Source of the DNA: the human T2T-CHM13v2.0 reference genome, Homo sapiens
Strand: one strand, 5' to 3'
NCBI RefSeq assembly: GCF_009914755.1
Contig: NC_060934.1
DNA length: 64,000 bases
The position numbers and the translations under genes were made by a program. This document shows, in pieces, positions 18,544-33,911 of the stretch; position 1 is the stretch's first letter; each line of letters starts with the position of its first letter. The notes beneath the pieces are model-generated. The model was not told the DNA's origin. It ran no database searches and was given only the letters and a program-made list of their open reading frames with translations.

Positions 18544-20281
18544 TCAAAAAAAAAAAAAGTGTCTTTTGCCCCTCCCCGCTTGTCCGGTGTTCACTTTGAT
18601 AATGAATACAACATTTAAGTTTATTTATTAAACAACTAGTGGCAGCCTAGAATTTTTACAGCTTGACTTCTCTTGAAAGTTCTTTCTCTTTTTTACCTCT
18701 GAGTAGTAGAACACAACATTTAAAAACATTAAAAACCTAATATTTGTCAAATTATTTGTCAAAACCTTCCGGTAACTCTGTTCTAATTTAAAAGCTGGAT
18801 GTTAAAAGACTTTTGTATTTAGAGGGTCAGCTATACACTGTGCTCCAGAAAACCCTTAAATTTTTATAGTGATTCCCTATCCTTTTTAAACACAAAGCAA
18901 GCAAATGAAAACATTCTTTCAGGTCAAAAACCAAATGGCACCTTCCTAATTGAAAACATACTCCAACTCCACACTTATCTTGCTTGTTAATTTCATGGCT
19001 GATCTGACAGAATACTTTTTAAAGTAGAAACTTGCATAGCCCAAATTATTAATCTCCCACAGCACAAAGGTCCCTGTTTAATCTTATCTTTCCTGCTAAC
19101 AATAGCTGGGGAGGATAATTAAGAACTATTAGTCTATTCAAGATAAGAGGCTGAAGGAGAAAAATACATTTTTTTGTAAATGTCAGTAGTTTCTTTGAGT
19201 TTTTCTAGAGAACTTGGTATCTGGCATTAATTTTAAAAAGAGGAAAACCTCTGTGATGCCCCAAAACTCCAAAGTAAAGGTCCACACAAAGATTAAAACT
19301 AGTTCATAGCTCCCCAAGGGCCTCTAGTGGCCAGCATCGCCAAAACATTAGGTAGTCATTTCGTCTCAATAATATCTGATTTTTCTATTGTTTAAGGAGC
19401 CCTGTAAGATCCCTAGGATATAGGAGAAGGTATTCACAACAAATTTGTTGAATTTAAAAAATCAAAAGAGGTTTGTGATATTGGCTTTTATTTATTTTTA
19501 TTTTATCTATTTATTTTTCAGATGGGGTTTCACTCTGCCACTCAGGCTGGAGTACAGTGAAAAAAATCACAGCTCACCAGAGCCTTGACCTCCCAGGCTC
19601 AGGTGATCCTCCCACCTCAGTCTCCTGAGTAGTTAGGACTATAGGCGCTCAACACCACACCTGGCTAATTTTTGTATTTTTGTAGAGACAGGGTTTCACC
19701 ATGTTGCCCAGGTTGGTCTTGAACTCCTGGGCTCAAATGATCCTCCTTTCTTGGCCTCCCAAAGTGCTGAGGTTACAAGTGTGAGCTGCCGCGCCCGGCC
19801 AAGTTTGTGAATATTGTTTATATGGACTCAGTGATTTCTGCCCCTATTTCATGGCTTGGAAGCCAATAAAAAAGGGATGCCTACTCTAATAACTACCCTG
19901 GAAGTTAGGGCTTGTGCTTTGCAAGTTAAGAAATAGGTTGTCTGTGGTAACTTTCAACCTTAAACCTACTTAAAGCTAGCTATGTGGCTATGGTGCATAG
20001 GACTATTACACGGCTGTGTTGGAAAATAAGACTAAAATAACTTAGAGGTGGATGCTAATTACTTAGGTAGTTGACAGTACTACACTGGGTATGTAATGCA
20101 TGCAAAACAATGACTTAAGCAAAAGGAATGAGTGGGATTTCAGGTGTCAAGGATAGGCTGAGGAAGGAATTCCACATCCTTTTATGATACCCACTCAATC
20201 TACCCAAATGTCTAGCCCAGATACAAATCATGATAAAAGATCTATCCATGTGAAATGTATGGGGCCAAGGATAACATTTTA

Positions 20282-20656
<375 letters not shown>

Positions 20657-20904
20657 TTACCAGGAAAAACCTGACTTGATGTGAATAACCAATTTCCCAA
20701 AATTTAAAGCTGGCAGAATGGTAGCTCTGCCTAGGAAGGAAGTCATAGTCATCTTTACATCTTCAAAGTCCTTGTATCATCTTTGAATAGGTACTAGTTT
20801 TGTTTTAATAGATTACCAAGATCCAAATCACCAGGAGTAGCTGCTCTCTCTATATGTTGAGATTTTCCTTGACATACGTATCTGGCTTTGCCTTGGTGTG
20901 TTAG

Positions 20905-21150
<246 letters not shown>

Positions 21151-21452
21151 TGAACTCCTGACCTTGCGATCCGCCCGTCTCGGCCTCCCAAAGTGCTGGG
21201 ATGAAAGGCCTGAGCCACCGCGCCAGGCCTCATTGGCAATTTTAACCTAATGCTGATTATGCCTGTACTATTTATTTGTCTTCCCTCAACGAAACTCAAA
21301 TGCCCATAGGTACCATTCATCAGCCAAGCAACTTATTGATGAGTGGTGAATTTCTTTCCTTTTAACACTGAATTTTTAGAAGACATGGCCCCAACTTTAG
21401 AGGTTTGGGAATCCATTGGACCTACTGGGAAAAACACGGGGCTGTGTTATAC

Positions 21453-21594
21453 CATATTTCAGCTCACAGATCTGGCTATCCAACTTCTTCAGCTTCTCAC
21501 AAATCTTCATTGCAGGCATATGCACACTCATTGGGCGAGTGACTTCACTTAGGATCTTTGTGGCTGCGTCTTTTGTGGCTCCTAGATAATAGCA
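21453..21594 (-). CDS. CDNF: CDNF coding exon 3 ([47 protein letters not shown])
   Basis: CAG acceptor, ATG|GTATAA donor, 142 nt, in frame; CYYxGAT and ICELKY family motifs. Confidence 0.97.
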
Positions 21595-21933
21595 CTGAAG
21601 GAAAATGAAGAGAATTGAGTGTTCCAGACAATGAAGACATTCAGTATCATTCCAGTAATGAAGGAATACAGTATCAAGAAGAAAGAGGTAGGCTGGACAT
21701 GGTGGCTCACGCCTGTAATCCCAGCACTTTGGGAGGTTGAGGAGGGCAGATCATTTGAGGTCAGGAGTTCTAGACCAGCCTGGTCAACATGGTGAAACCC
21801 CATCTCTACTAAAACTACAAAAATTAGCCAGGTGTGCTTGCTTGAACCAAGGAGGTGGAGGTTGCAGTGAGCCAAGATCATGCCAGGGCACTCCAGCCTG
21901 GGTGACAGAGTGAGACTCCATCTCAAAAAAAAA

Positions 21934-22062
21934 GAAGAAGAAGAAAAGAAGAAGAAGGAGAAGAAGAAGCAGCAGAAGAAGCAGAAGCAGAAGAAGAAGA
22001 AGGAGAAGAAGAAGAAGAAGAAGAAGAAGAAGAAGAAGAAGAAGAAGAAGAAGAAGAAGAAG

Positions 22063-22100
<38 letters not shown>

Positions 22101-22519
22101 GGAGAAGGAGAAGGAGAAGGAGAAGAAGAAGAAGAAGCAGAAGCAGCAGCAGAAGCAGAAGCAGCAGAAGAAGAAGAAGAAGAAGCAGAAGCAGAAGCAG
22201 CAGCAGAAGAAGCATAAGAAGCAGTAGAAGAAGCAGCAGAAGAAGCAGTAGAAGCAGCAGAAGCAGCAGCAGAAGAAGCAGCAGAAGTGGAGGAATCAGA
22301 AGCAGCAGAAGCAGAAGCAGCAGAAGCAGAAGAAGAGCAGCAGCAGAAGAAGAAGCAGAAGAAGCAGCAGCAGCAGCAGAAGCAGCAGAAGCAGCAGAAG
22401 AAAGAAGCAGAAGAAGCAGAAGAAGAAAGAAGCAGAAGAAGAAGAAAAAGAAGAAGAAGAAGAAGAAAAAGAAGCAGCAGAAGCAGCAGAAGCAGAAGAA
22501 GAAGAAAGAAGAAGAGAGG
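21934..22519. repeat. Compound purine-rich trinucleotide repeat (GAA/GCA/GGA)n including (AAG)20(CAG)10
   Basis: Directly visible; pure AAG 22006-22065, pure CAG 22066-22095. Confidence 0.98.
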
Positions 22520-23559
22520 TTAACCTGCTGACTAAGCCACCAGGAAACAAGTGACTCCATTCTCGTGATCATCCTAATTAGATGTGCCCTACAATTCACA
22601 TGGTGTTAAAAGACTAATGAGAAGAGCTGACACTAAGTGTTTTCTCTGTGCCAGGTGCTGCTCTCAGTGCTTTAAAGGTATTAACTTATTTATGTCTCAC
22701 AACAATCCTGTGAAATAAGTACTATTAGTATCTGTATTTTATACCCAAGCCAACTGAAGGTCCCCAGATCTAGCAATAGAAGAGACAGAATTATAAAACC
22801 CAGCACTTTGGCTCTAGAGCCCATGTCTTTTCCCATCAGGCAATTCTGACATTCAAGCTCCCTGACTTCAAAATTTTACATTTAAAAATATAAACGTTGG
22901 CTGGGCACAGTGGCTCACACCTGTAATCCCAGCACTTTGGGAGGCCAAGGCGGGTGAATCACTTGAGCTCAGGAGTTCGAGATCAGCCTGGGCTACAAGG
23001 CCAAACCCCGTCTCTACAAAAAAAAAAAAAAAAAAAAAAAAATCCAAAAATTATCTGGGCATGGTGGCATGTGCCTTAGTCCCAGATACTTGGGAAGCTG
23101 AGGTGGAAGGATCACTTGAACCTGGGAGGTTGAGGTTCCAGTGAGGAAAGATCACTGGGACGCCAGCCTGGGTGACAGAGGGAGACCCTGTCTCAAAAAA
23201 ATATAGATAGATAGACCTTAATGATACGGATAAATGGCATGAGCTTTACAACATGGCCATGGTGAACAGCCAACATGCAGATGTAACTGACAATCTGACA
23301 ATTTTAGGGAAAAAGGAATTGGCCCCAAATTGTCTTAAGTGATATAAAACAGTATATTGAAACAAGCCATATGTGTATGCCCAGGAAACACCATATTAAT
23401 GTGATTAGAAGAAAATATAAATACTTTATTAATTATGTATAAATAATAATGTAAAATATTTTGATAAGTTTGATTAATTGTCTTGGTAAGAAATGGAAAG
23501 CCCACCCACTCTTAGGATGCTAAATTCTTATTGGGAATTCAGTTTCATAATTTCATTTA

Positions 23560-23739
<180 letters not shown>

Positions 23740-24109
23740 CTAGCTACTCGGGAGGCTAAGGCACAAGAATGCTTTGAACCCAGGAGGCAGAGGTTGCAGT
23801 GAGCTGAGATGATGATACTGCACTCTAGCCTGGGCAACAGAGCAAGACTCTGTCTCAGAAAAAGAAAAAAGAAAACATAGAATTGGTTATCTGTGGTGTA
23901 CTCAGAAAGTAAAGTAACACTGGAAATATTCTGGATGAAAACACGCAGAACTACATGTCACTGGAAGATGGATTTCTGCTTGCTGCGTGCTCTAAAATGG
24001 ACATACTTGAGGCAAACATGTAAGTAGGAGGACTTCACGTCTAAGAAATGAAACTATTAGCAGTATTCTTCAAGCACATGGGGAAAATGAAAGGTGAAAT
24101 TTACTATAC

Positions 24110-24237
24110 CAGGCGGTTTTCTTTTCCTTTGGTGTCCAAGCAAAAACTGATCAATTCTTTCTCTATAGTGTCCAGCGAAAAGTTAACTCCTCTGTCTATC
24201 AGTGACTTGTAGAATCGGTTCAAGAATTCTTTACATA
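24110..24237 (-). CDS. CDNF: CDNF coding exon 2 ([43 protein letters not shown]), saposin-like domain
   Basis: CAG acceptor, CTG|GTATAG donor, 128 nt, frame continuous with exon 1; typical MANF/CDNF motif KGKENRL. Confidence 0.97.
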
Positions 24238-24505
24238 CTGGAAGGAACAAATAAATATGTCTGCATGCACAACTTAACCACTACCACACCTATGCATATG
24301 ACCCACTAACCACATTTAAAAGTCTATATGGGGCTGGGCATGGTGGCTTACCCCTGTAATCCTAGCACTTTGAGAGGCTGAGGTGGGCAGATCACAAGGT
24401 CAGGATATCGAGACCATCCCGGCCAACATGGTGAAATCCTCTCTCTACTAAAATACAAAAAATTAGCCAGGCATGGTGGCGCGTGCCTATAGTCCCAGCT
24501 ACTCA

Positions 24506-24748
<243 letters not shown>

Positions 24749-24751
24749 TCA

Positions 24752-25099
<348 letters not shown>

Positions 25100-25613
25100 T
25101 CATTGGAACGAAGTTCTACCTAAAATGATAACTTTTCCACAAAATTTGGCTAACCCTAAAATAAAATAGGCTATCATCTTGGGACAGCATAATTGTAAGC
25201 ACAGAGAAAAACCTGAATAAGAATCCTGAATGAAGCCCCTTGGTGATCTGCATAAGTCTTTATTTCCATCGTTATGAGCCTAAAGTGAAATCAGGCTGGG
25301 CATAGTGGATCACACCTGTAATCCCAACACTTTGCAAGGCCAAGGCGAGAGGATCTCTTGAGGCCAGGAGTTTGAGACCTGCCTGGGCAACACAGTAAGA
25401 CTCTGTCTCTGCACACACCTGTGGTCCCAGCTACTGAGGAGGCTAAAATGGGAGGCTTGTTAGGTCATTTCTTCTAGTTCCTTATATCTTGAAGATACTT
25501 TCAAGCTTGTTTTTTATATCTTTAAACACACTAAACTTAATTATGATCTGTGTGTGAAAATTTCAATATCTGAAGTCTTCAGAGTTTTTTTTGTTTGTTT
25601 GTTTGTTTTTTAA

Positions 25614-26003
<390 letters not shown>

Positions 26004-26488
26004 TGAAGATTGTTTGAAGCCTGAGATGAAGGAGCATTATTTCCAGTAAGGATTTGTATTTGTATTTCTCAGGGACTAAGGGCAACTAGCCAGGCACTGC
26101 TTTAAACTAAATATATAGCTTGAAGTTTTTGGGCCCCGATGTGAATTTTGGCTGCAAATACAAGTGAGGGACGTTTTGTTGTTATCATTTCTCAGAGATA
26201 TATATTTTTTCTTTTTTCTACTTTGCTCAGTGTCAAGGTAAATTTCCTTATAGTCCCCTATGGGTAGGGATGGGTTCGGTTTATGTTCTATGTTTCTTTA
26301 AACATAAAAAAACATAACTTCTATGCCTGATTATTCCAATACCTGAAGCCACTGCAGGGGTGTGCCTCTTCTGTTTTTTGTTCCAGCTGGCTCTCACTTA
26401 TGTGCCCTTCTTCCCTAGGGGTTCATGACTTTTCTAAGTGGCAGCTCTATTTCTTAGAACTTTAACTGTATGAATTCTTTGAGGACTA

Positions 26489-26809
<321 letters not shown>

Positions 26810-27427
26810 TCAAAAAACAAAACAAGACAAAAACAAAAACAAGACTCACATTTGCTGATTCCTGAGGGTATGATCTACTTAAAATCACTTTCAACTAAAT
26901 TATCAGTTCGAGATGTTTCAGATCATCCTAGTAGTGTGAATGGGGCCTTTGACCCCTACCTATGTGCACGAGCTTGTAATTATGAGTTATCAAGAAAGTT
27001 TTGTTTTTCCTTTTATCAGTAAAAATGTTCAAGTGAAACCATTTCTTTTAGTCTCTAAAGATGGAAATAGGTTGTAGTTACTTTCAGTTCACCCTTTATA
27101 ATGAAGGGCTAGGTCTTTGGGGCCCTGAATTAGTTGGTAGAGGATCTGCTCTCACTCTCCTAACTTGGAAATGCCTGGGACTTGTGTTTATTTAGCCAAA
27201 ACCATGAAAACTTCAGTTCAGATCACCTGGCTAACAAATGCTCCCAGGTAAAGCCAGCTTCAGTGCTCCCTTCAACCCCCTGGACTCCCACTTCCACTCT
27301 GTGGTTGGCTTCTGGGTATGCCTTCCCAACTCATACTTTACAATATTTTCACATTTTTATTTTATCCAGTATTTTCAGTTGCTTTTAGATGACTGGCCAA
27401 TCATGTCATCTTTTAGAGCTTAAAGTC

Positions 27428-27514
27428 ATATATATATATATATATACACACACATATATATACTGTATATACATATATATAAAATACATATATACACATA
27501 TATAATACATATAT

Positions 27515-27548
<34 letters not shown>
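27428..27548. repeat. (TA)n/(CA)n microsatellite at an Alu tail
   Basis: Directly visible. Confidence 0.9.
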
Positions 27549-27899
27549 TTTTTTTCAAGATGGAGTCTCGCTCTGTTGCCTAGGCTAGAGTGCAGTGGTG
27601 TGATCTCGGCTCAATGCAACCTCCACCTTCTGAGGTTCAAGCAATTCTCCTGCCTCAGACTCCTGAGTAGCTGGGACTAATGGCGTGTGCCACCACACCC
27701 AGCTAAGTTTTTGTATTTTTAGTAGAGACAGGGTTTCACCATGTTGGCCAGGACGGTCTCGATCTCCTCACCTGGTGATCTGCCCACCTCGGCTTCCCAA
27801 AGTGCTGGGATTACAGGTGTGAGCCACCGTGCCTAGCCCATATATTTTTATTTCTAATGCTATCAACATGAACAGAATACTAAACATAATAGCCAGTTA

Positions 27900-30800
27900 T
27901 TCATGTTTTTAACAAATATTTACTAAGCGACTAGTAAGTGCAAAACAGTATTCTAGGTTCCTAAGATTCAGTAATGAAGAAAACAAAGAACTTGCCCTTG
28001 AGAGTTACATCCGATAGAAGTAAAGGTATACGTAGCAAAGAAGAAAAATAAACATGGTAAGGAGGATGGAGGGTGACAAGGTAATAGTACGATTCTTAAT
28101 GGATTGGTTAGGAAAGATCTCTTAGATAAAGTGATATTCAAGCAGACACCTGAAGGAAGTGGAAGAACAATTTAAGTGGATGACTTGAGGAAGAACTCCG
28201 CAGGCAGAAGGAACAGCAAGTACCAAGGCTCAAATGCAGGAGTGTCCTTGGTGGCTTCAAGGAACAGCCAGAAGGCCAGTGTGGCTAAAGTAGAGGGAGC
28301 AAGAGGGAGGTGTGTAGCAAATGAGATCAAATAGGCAGCAGCATGCTGGGGCATCCAGGGCCTTTCAAGCTTGGTAAGGTCTCTGGATGTCACTCTGAGA
28401 AGGGAAGCCATTTAAGGTTTTGAGTAGAGAAGAGTTATGGTCCGACATGATTCATAAAGGATGTCTCTGAAGGCTGTCTGAAGAATGGATTACAAGGAAG
28501 CAGAAAAGAAAGCAGGGAGACCAGCTGACCAGTTTAGAGGTTCTCAAAATAGTTGCATCTCTTAGACCAGGGCAGTAGCTACAGCAGTCATGAGAAGTGG
28601 TTACACTCTGGACCTATCTTGAAGGAAGAGCCAAAAGAATTTACTAATAAGCCAGATGTAATGTGTCAGAGTTGGGGAGAGAGAGAGGAATCAAAGATAA
28701 TCCCAATAATTTTGGCCAAGAAACTGGAACCGTGGAGTTGCCATCTGCTGAAATGAGGAAGACTGCAGGAGAAGCAGTTTATGGTGACAAGCAGGAATCT
28801 AATCTTTCTTTTTTTGCTTTTTTTTTTTTTTTTTTTTTTTTTGAGACAGAATCTCGCTGTGTTGCCCAGGCTGGAGTGCAGCGGTGCCATTTCGGCTCAC
28901 TGCAACCTCCAACTCCTGGATTGAAGTGATTCTTGTGCCTCAGCCTCCTGAGTAGCTGGGATTACAGGCGCATGTCACCACACCTAGCTAATTTTTGTAT
29001 TTTTAGTAGAGATGGGGTTTCGTTATGTTTGCCAGGCTGGTCTCTAACTCCTGACCTTAGGTGATCTGCCTGCCTCAGCCTCCCAAAGTGCTGGATTACA
29101 GGCATGAGCCACCATGCCTGGCCAGAATCCAGTCTTGACATATGAAGTTCAAGATGCTTCTAGACGTCTGTGATGGTTAATTTTATGTAGCAATGATGAA
29201 ATTAACACTTAAATTGATGAACTCTGGGTAAGGCAGATTGGCCTCCATAATGTGGGTGGGCCTTACCTAACTACTTGAGGGCCTGCACAGAACAAAATAG
29301 ACCAGCCTTCCTGACGAAGAGGGAATTCTCCAGCAGACTCCCTTTAGACTTCCTTCGTACCACAGGCTCTCCTGGGTCTCCAGCCTGCTTGCCCACACTG
29401 CAGATTTTGGACTTCTCAGCCTTCACAATCTTGTGAGCCAATTCCTTATAATAAATCTCTTTTTACATAGATAAATATTACAGATATTAAGAAGATATAT
29501 AGATATAGATTATATGTTCTGTTTGGTCCTATTGGTTTTATTTCTCTGGAGAACCTTGACTAATATAACATCCAACTGGAAACAGTGAGAAGGCAGCTAG
29601 ATATAGAAATGTGAAGATCAGGTATAAGATCTAGGATGACTATATAAATCTGGAAGCCATCAACATTCAAATGGTGTTTTTGAGATGAGAACACAAAGTA
29701 AGGAGAGACGGAAAAGAGACACAGTCCTGGGTCTCAGCCTTGTGAAATCCCAATGTTTAGCAATTGGGAAGATGGAAAACAACCAGAAAAAGACGGAAAG
29801 GAGCAGCCAGTGAAGTAGGATAAGAACAAAGACTGAGTGTTATTCCAAAAGGCAAGTGAACACAGTGTTAAAAGGAATGTGTAATGATCTGCTATATTAC
29901 ACGTGGAAAATGAGATCCCTCTCAACATGTATTTTGCTGAGTTTAATTAGCAAATATATCCAGTATGCAAAGCAGAAACCTGCTGTAATGATTAATGCTA
30001 CAAGTCAGCAGAAACTATCATCAGGCCAGGCACGGGAGTTCACACTTGTAATCCCAGCACTTTAGGAGGCCAAGGCTGGCGGATCGCTTGAGCTCAGGGG
30101 TTCAAGACCAGCCTCGGCAACATAGTGAAACTTCATCTCTATTAAAAATACAAAAAATTTGCTGGGTGTAATGACAAGCACCTGTAGTCCAGCTACTCAG
30201 GAGGCTGAGGAGGGAGGATCACTTGAGCCTGGAAGACGGAAGTTGCAGTGAGCTGAGACTGTTCCACTGTACTCCAACCTGGGTGACAGAGTGAGGCTCT
30301 GTCTCAAAAAAAAAAAGAAAAAAGAAAAAGAAACTATCATCAAAGTCTCCTAGGAGCCTCTAATTCTTGTCTCCTACAAAAGAAACCCCCAGTATTCCAG
30401 TGCCTCATCACTCTTGTGGTATTTCCCACAGTATACCTTCATATGATTTCTATACCTCAACTATCACTCTGCCAATGTATCATCTAGGTGATGAAAGTTA
30501 GGAATACTAACTTGTCCTTTTCAAGATCTACATTTGACTCACTAAAATATACCCAAAATTTTATCACAGCATATATGCATACATTTCTTCAACAAACTGA
30601 GCGCCTACCATATGCCATGCACTATGGTAGCTGCTGGACATGAGGTGGTGAGAAACACTGCCTTGACTTTCAGAGGAGACCAAAACAATATGAGAAGTGT
30701 ATCAGATACTGTGGGAAAACAAAGGAGCGGCACCTGGAGGAAACTGGGAAACTGCTGAAAGATACTAAATAAGGAAGTAATATGATAGCCCTGCCAGGGG

Positions 30801-31460
30801 ACTAGACAGGAGGGAGACAGGTAGCAGGAAGAATGCTATTTTGACAATGCGGAGGGGAAAACTGCTGAAGTTCTGTAAGGAAGTCCTAGACTTGAGTAAG
30901 GAGAAAGGAGCAGGACCAGTCAGGAGGTAGACTCAACGATGTAGTGATTGGTTGGGGGATAAGGGGGAAAGAGAAGTCTAGAATCTAGGCTAGGTGACCA
31001 GGTAGTTGTCCCATGCTGTCACCGTAAGCATGACAGTAACAGGTTTAGGGGAGTGAGAAGGGAAGGAGATGATGACTTTGGTTTTTTGACTGTGTTGATG
31101 TTGATGTACATCATATCTAAGAGGGCATGTTCACTAGTCAATTGGATGCAAGGTCTGAGACTCTAGAAAGGTCAGTGGATATAAGGTTAGAGATTTATTA
31201 GACTGGAGGTAGGTTGGTTTGGGTTGCCAAGAAGAGTGTGTAGACTGAGAAGAGAGAAGAGAAGAGAGCAGAACCCTGGAAAATTCTAAGCCATGGCTAG
31301 AGGATCAGAAGCCCACAAAGACACACTGGACAAGTGGGCATAGAGACAGGAAGGAGAAAAGCAGTATCATGACCATGAAGAGAAGGCAGTCTCTGAAAGG
31401 GAAAGATGTCAATGGTGTCACACACCACAAAGAAGTCAAGGTAAGAAAGGAAACTCATTT
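27900..31460. mobile_element. Degraded L2-like fragments with younger insertions
   Basis: aacaaatatttactaagc, gaacagcaagtaccaaggc, ggccagtgtggct motifs. Confidence 0.55.
29169..29567. mobile_element. MLT2-type ERVL LTR
   Basis: tgtgatggttaattttatgt start; ctccataatgtgggtgggcct; tctctggagaacc..gactaata end. Confidence 0.75.
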
Positions 31461-33796
31461 TCTGGACTTACATGAAGAGAATAACCTCACCATAAATGCC
31501 CTAACAAATTAGTAGCTTCTTAAGTTTTCTGGGATGTCTTTATTGCTAAAATAACCTCAGATAGCCATACTTCTTTTATTTATATTGTGCTTTTATGTTT
31601 ATTAAAGATAGTTTTATAAGTGAATCTATAATTATTTTAAAATAAAAAGTTATTTAAAATAGTCCCATAATATAATCCTTTAAAAGAGATTTGGAAATAT
31701 TTATGTTTTTCCAGTAAACCTCACATTACCTAATAATAGGACTCACAGACTTGAATATCTACAGGGGCCAGGCAAGGAAAAAGAAGAGTTAAGCAATTTG
31801 AATCGGGGGCAGAGTAGGGGCGGCAAACTACTCAAAACCCAAGTCCTTTCTAAAAAGAGCAGCCAATAGCCAATTCTACTATACAGCCATAAGGCCAATC
31901 TTGCCAGGTCATCTGGTTTTTTGAGAAAAGCCAGAAATATGAATTTTTACATAAAATTTCCCAATTTTAAAATGTACCCAGTGAATTTAATTTTTTTCAA
32001 AATATTTTGTAAATGTAACGAAACATATCAATAGGTCCGAGACGGCTCAGGAACCATTCAGTTTTTTTGCCTTCGCTCTAGAGTATGTATAATATGGCAT
32101 TTTAATCTTATACATTGAGAAGAAATTAAGTTGTAAATAAGAAAGGAGGCTGAGGAGGGAGGATCACTCATAAGCAGTAATAGAGCTGGATGCAGAATCT
32201 GGTTCTTTTAGTTACCAAACTGTTATGTCCTTCCTCTGCGATTACACAAGCTTCTTTACCTAACAAATGAAATATATAGACAGGTTAGTCAGACATGCAA
32301 TAATCACAGCATGCTGTAATAAATTTAGGACAGACAGCATAAGCTTCCCATTTAATTAATCCAGATGCTGTCTCTCTTGAAACATTTATAAGTGGGAGCC
32401 CCAGATGAGTCATCAAATCAATTGTCTTTGCCTCACAAAGTCTGTTTTAAAAGTATAGGACACAATTATAGCATGGTTTGGAGCAAAATTATAACTTAGC
32501 TAAACAAATATCTTTATATCGAGTAATAACATGTAGATATTTTAAATTTCTGGAGAAAAGTTTAATTATTGCAGAGCTCATAGAAAGCCAGGCTCCAATT
32601 ATTAACACTTTAAGGACTGGGCGCTGTGGCTCACGCCTGTAATCCCAGCACTTTGGGAGGCTGAGGCGGGCCGATCACCTGAGGCCAGGAGTTCAAGACC
32701 AGTCTGGCCAACATGGTGAAACTGCATCTCTATTAAAAATATAAAAATTAGTCAGGCGTGGTGGTGGTGCCTTTAGTACCAGCTACTTGGGAGGCTGAGG
32801 CAGGAGAATCGCTGGAACCCGATGATGGAGGCTGCAGTGAGCCAAGATTGTGCCACTGTACTCCGGCCTGGGCAACACAGTGAGACTGTCTCAAAACAAA
32901 AACAAAAACAAAAAACAAAACAACAAAACAAACAAAAACACAACTTTAGTACGACTATACCCATCCATTCACTCAACATATATGATGAACCTACAATTTC
33001 CTGTTCACTAGGGATATATTTTCCAGCTGAGGGCATATACATTTAAACTAATTATTTTCAGTAAAACATGGAGTGAGCGCTACAGGAGTCCAGAAGGAAG
33101 GGGCTAGCATAGCCACTTACCTTCTTTGCCTTTGCTAACAGATCTCTAAAGTGAAGTACGCTGATTTTGCAAAAACCAAAGTCTCAGAGCTAGGGGACTT
33201 GGTGGGATACAGACTCACGTATTCTGACTGCGAGTTCACAGCTGAGATACCGTGAACAAAAAGGAACCACTCTTTTGTATTCCTCTCTTTCCCAAGGAGT
33301 CAGTGTACTCCTTTGCAAAGCAATTTTCACCTACAGAGTCCTAACAAATATTAGCTATGTCCTCTGATTTAAGCTACTCAACTCAATGCCATGTTTTGTT
33401 TTCCTTTGGGGAGTCACCAACTAGCTTGGACTTGAAAGACGTCTTCTGTGCAAGGGGAGGCAAATCTTGCTGGTTGGAAGCAGCAGAATCAATCTGGCGC
33501 CAGTATCATCTGAATCTAGCATTCTTTGCACAAACTCTAATCCAAATACAAACCCACCAGCTTTTACTGCTGAAGTTTAATATTCACAGCAAAACCACAA
33601 CGTGGCCTCACGTTACCACCAGGCCCGGCTTGAGCTTTTTACTCGAGCTGGGCTTGGGCGATCTAAAACGAGGGACAGGGCCTGCATTTCCTGGGCGGAA
33701 TGTTATTTATAGCCAGGGCCAGGAGAAGCCAAAGCCGACAGCTGCTGCGCCGCAGCGCGGGGCCGCCGCCATGCAAGCAGTTGTCACACCGCTCAC

Positions 33797-33911
33797 CTTC
33801 ACAGTCGGCCCCTGGCCGCCCCCCGGCCTCCTGGCCCTGCGTCAGCACCGGGTGAGAGACCAAAAGCCCGGCGCAAAAGGCCACCACAGCAACTGGGCTC
33901 GCGCACCACAT
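33797..33911 (-). CDS. CDNF: CDNF coding exon 1 (signal peptide; MWCASPVAVVAFCAGLLVSHPVLTQGQEAGGRPGADCE)
   Basis: ATG at 33911; hydrophobic signal peptide; donor GAAG|GTGAG at 33797/33796; 115 nt. Confidence 0.97.

Noticed and set aside
21784-22599. 271-aa poly-Leu ORF and the poly-Lys/Gln ORFs on the opposite strand
   Set aside because: Translation artefacts of the GAA/GCA repeat plus Alu; non-ATG or weak starts and no splice support. RAN translation cannot be assessed from sequence.
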